From Escherichia phage vB_EcoP_LNA7: DNA of 39,592 nucleotides. How positions within the stretch are numbered: position 1 is the first letter of the stretch; every line of letters starts with the position of its first letter. Shown in pieces: positions 37,672 through 39,592 of the stretch. Where the stretch lies: the sequence record OM630586.1. One strand, written 5' to 3'. The notes beneath the pieces are model-generated. The model was not told the DNA's origin. It ran no database searches and saw only the letters and a list, made by a program, of their open reading frames with translations. The position numbers were made by a program, and so were the translations under genes.

Positions 37672-38273
37672 AAACAAATTTCATTGTGCACATTAAATCT
37701 GGTGAACTCGGTGAAACCCTAATGGGGCAATACCGAGCCAAGCCATAGGGAGGATATATGAGAGGCAAGAAGTTAATTCTTGAGGCCACTGAGACTGGCT
37801 GTATCATCCCTACGTCACACAAACTTAATGCCGATGGTTATTTCAGAAAGAAAACCAATGGCGTCTTGGAGATGTATCACAGAACGGTGTGGAAGGAGCA
37901 TAATGGAGAAATACCAGAAGGCTTCGAGATAGACCATAAGTGTCGCAATAGGGCTTGCTGTAACATAGAGCATTTACAGATGCTTGAAGGTACAGCCCAC
38001 ACTGTTAAGACCAATCGTGAACGCTACGCAGACAGAAAGGAAACAGCTAGGGAATACTGGCTGGAGACTGGATGTACCGGCCTAGCACTAGGTGAGAAGT
38101 TTGGTGTGTCGTTCTCTTCCGCTTGTAAGTGGATTAGAGAATGGAAGGCGTAGAGACTATCCGAAAGGAGTAGGGCCGAGGGTGAGACTCCCTCGTAACC
38201 CGAAGCGCCAGACAGTCAACTCAAAGGCTGATGATATAGTCCGACACTCCTAGTAATAGGAGAATACAGAAAG
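37672..38273 (+). mobile_element. Group I self-splicing intron (602 nt) in DNA polymerase gene 5, carrying an HNH homing endonuclease ORF
   Basis: Exon 1 ends in U; intron ends in G; internal guide GUGCAC (37686..37691) pairs with exon end GUGCAU including the U.G wobble; R-like AGAGACUA (38152..38159) and S-like GAUGAUAUAGUCC (38230..38242) can form P7; joining the exons restores a 704-codon polymerase. Confidence 0.85.
37758..38153 (+). CDS. Intron-encoded HNH homing endonuclease
   Basis: ORF track 131 aa; EIDHKCRNRACCNIEHL HNH motif; own SD gggagg; lies entirely within the intron. Confidence 0.85.
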   Translation: MRGKKLILEATETGCIIPTSHKLNADGYFRKKTNGVLEMYHRTVWKEHNGEIPEGFEIDHKCRNRACCNIEHLQMLEGTAHTVKTNRERYADRKETAREYWLETGCTGLALGEKFGVSFSSACKWIREWKA

Positions 38274-38429
38274 GATGAAATTCAAGTAGGTTGCCGCACC
38301 GAAGAGATTGCTCAGGTGGTCATTGAGACCGCACAAGAAGCAATGCGCTGGGTTGGAGACCACTGGAACTTCAGGTGTCTTCTGGATACCGAAGGTAAGA
38401 TGGGTCCTAACTGGGCCGTATGTCACTGA
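38274..38429 (+). CDS. 5: gene 5 DNA polymerase, exon 2 (51 codons plus stop)
   Basis: Encodes DEIQVGCRTEEIAQVVIETAQEAMRWVGDHWNFRCLLDTEGKMGPNWAVCH, the canonical gp5 C-terminus, in frame with exon 1 once 37672..38273 is removed. Confidence 0.85.
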   Translation, partial: DEIQVGCRTEEIAQVVIETAQEAMRWVGDHWNFRCLLDTEGKMGPNWAVCH

Positions 38430-38448
38430 TTATATAGGAGAAATTATT

Positions 38449-38748
38449 ATGGCTATGACCAAGAAATTTAAAGTGTCCTTTGACGTTACCGCAAAGATGC
38501 CGTCTGACGTTCAGGCAATCTTAGAGAAAGACATGCTGCATCTATGCAAGCAGGTAGGCTCAGGTGCAATTATCCCCAATGGTAAACAGAAGGAAATGAT
38601 CGTCCAGTTCCTGACACACGGTATGGAAGGCTTGATGACATTCGTAGTACGTACAGCATTCCGTGAGGCAATCAAGGACATGCATGAATGGTATGCCTAT
38701 AAGGACTCCTTCAAACTCTCTCCTGCAACTGTACGGGAGGTGTTCTGA
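38449..38748 (+). CDS. 5.5: gene 5.5 protein (H-NS-binding in T7)
   Basis: ORF 38308..38748 trimmed to ATG 38449 (MAMTKKFKVSFDVTAKMPSDVQ...), 99 aa. Confidence 0.85.
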   Translation: MAMTKKFKVSFDVTAKMPSDVQAILEKDMLHLCKQVGSGAIIPNGKQKEMIVQFLTHGMEGLMTFVVRTAFREAIKDMHEWYAYKDSFKLSPATVREVF

Positions 38749-38957
38749 TGTCTGACTACCTGAAAGTACTGCAAGCAATCAAAGGTTGCCCTAAGACTTT
38801 CCAGTCCAACTATGTACGGAACAATGCGAGCCTCGTAGCTGAGGCCGCTTCCCGTGGACACATCTCGTGCCTGACTACTAGTGGACGTAATGGTGGTGCT
38901 TGGGAAATTACTGCTTCCGGTACTCGCTTTCTGAAACGAATGGGAGGTTGTGTCTAA
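38748..38957 (+). CDS. 5.7: gene 5.7 protein
   Basis: ORF track 69 aa, MSDYLKVLQAIKGCPKTFQSNYVRNN... Confidence 0.85.
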   Translation: MSDYLKVLQAIKGCPKTFQSNYVRNNASLVAEAASRGHISCLTTSGRNGGAWEITASGTRFLKRMGGCV

Positions 38958-39115
38958 TGTCTCGTGACCTTGTGACTATTCCGCGCGATGTGTGGAACGA
39001 TATGCAGGGCTACATCGACTCTCTGGAACGTGAGAACGATAGCCTTAAGAATCAACTGATGGAGGCTGACGAATACGTGGCTGAACTAGAGGAGAAACTT
39101 AATGGCACTTCTTGA
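38957..39115 (+). CDS. 5.9: gene 5.9 inhibitor of host RecBCD
   Basis: ORF 38900..39115 trimmed to ATG 38957: MSRDLVTIPRDVWNDMQGYIDSLERENDSLKNQLMEADEYVAELEEKLNGTS (52 aa). Confidence 0.85.
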   Translation: MSRDLVTIPRDVWNDMQGYIDSLERENDSLKNQLMEADEYVAELEEKLNGTS

Positions 39116-39592
39116 CCTTAAACAATTCTACGAGTTACGTGAGGGCTGTAACGACAAAGGTATCCTTGTGATGGACGGTGACTGGCTGGTCTTCCAAGCG
39201 ATGAGTGCTGCTGAGTTTGATGCCTCATGGGAGGAAGAGATTTGGCACCGCTGCTGTGACCACGCTAAGGCCCGTCAGATTCTTGAGGATTCCATCAAGT
39301 CCTACGAGACCCGCAAGAAGGCTTGGGTAGGTGCTCCGATTGTCCTTGCGTTCACCGATAGTGTTAACTGGCGTAAAGAACTGGTTGACCCGAACTATAA
39401 GGCCAACCGTAAGTCCACTAAGAAACCTGTAGGTTACTTTGAGTTCCTTGAGGCTCTCTTTGAGCGCGAAGAGTTCTACTGCATCCGTGAGCCTATGCTT
39501 GAGGGCGATGACGTTATGGGAGTTATTGCTTCCAATCCGTCTGCATTCGGTGCCCGTAAGGCTGTAATCATCTCGTGCGATAAGGACTTTAA
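39102..39592 (+). CDS. 6: gene 6 5'-3' exonuclease, 5' portion (continues at 1..412)
   Basis: ATG 39102 (MALLDLKQFYELREGCNDKGILVMDGDWLVFQAM...); reading frame open to the window end and in phase with 1..412. Confidence 0.9.
   Translation, partial: MALLDLKQFYELREGCNDKGILVMDGDWLVFQAMSAAEFDASWEEEIWHRCCDHAKARQILEDSIKSYETRKKAWVGAPIVLAFTDSVNWRKELVDPNYKANRKSTKKPVGYFEFLEALFEREEFYCIREPMLEGDDVMGVIASNPSAFGARKAVIISCDKDF

Noticed and set aside
35713-37722. 669-aa ORF as an intact but shorter DNA polymerase
   Set aside because: The last 17 codons have no homology to polymerase and the genuine C-terminus is encoded in frame 602 nt downstream; interpreted as exon 1 plus intron read-through.

Overview
This window is a complete, circularly permuted genome of a T7-like virulent podophage (Autographiviridae, Teseptimavirus-like), about 39.6 kb. 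Every gene is on the + strand in the canonical T7 order. The window opens inside gene 6 (exonuclease), runs through the class III structural and packaging genes 6.5 to 19.5, crosses a single collapsed copy of the terminal repeat flanked by CCTAAAG repeat arrays, then continues through host promoters A1-A3, the early genes 0.3 to 1.3, the DNA metabolism genes 1.5 to 5.9, and ends in the 5' part of gene 6. Last and first bases of the window join in frame (491 + 412 nt = 301 codons). I located 17 phage-RNAP promoters (TAATACGACTCACTATAGGGAGA family), three strong sigma70 promoters, the early terminator TE and the late terminator Tphi, RNase III hairpins, and the 10A/10B -1 frameshift. No tRNA, rRNA, CRISPR array, integrase or transposase was seen. 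The most interesting feature is a 602-nt group I intron splitting DNA polymerase gene 5 (exons 35713..37671 and 38274..38429, spliced product 704 codons), carrying its own HNH homing endonuclease ORF. Two further free-standing HNH genes sit at positions that, as far as I recall, are empty in T7 (between 19 and 19.5, and between promoter phi4.3 and gene 4.3), while T7 genes 1.4, 2.8, 3.8 and 5.3 appear absent. The tail fibre gp17 has a T7-like N-terminal 260 residues but an unrelated, longer C-terminal receptor-binding region, and several host-interaction proteins (0.4, 1.2, 1.7, 4.7, ligase C-terminus, primase zinc domain) are locally divergent. All homology statements come from reading the translations and recalling T7 protein sequences; no database search or alignment was run.
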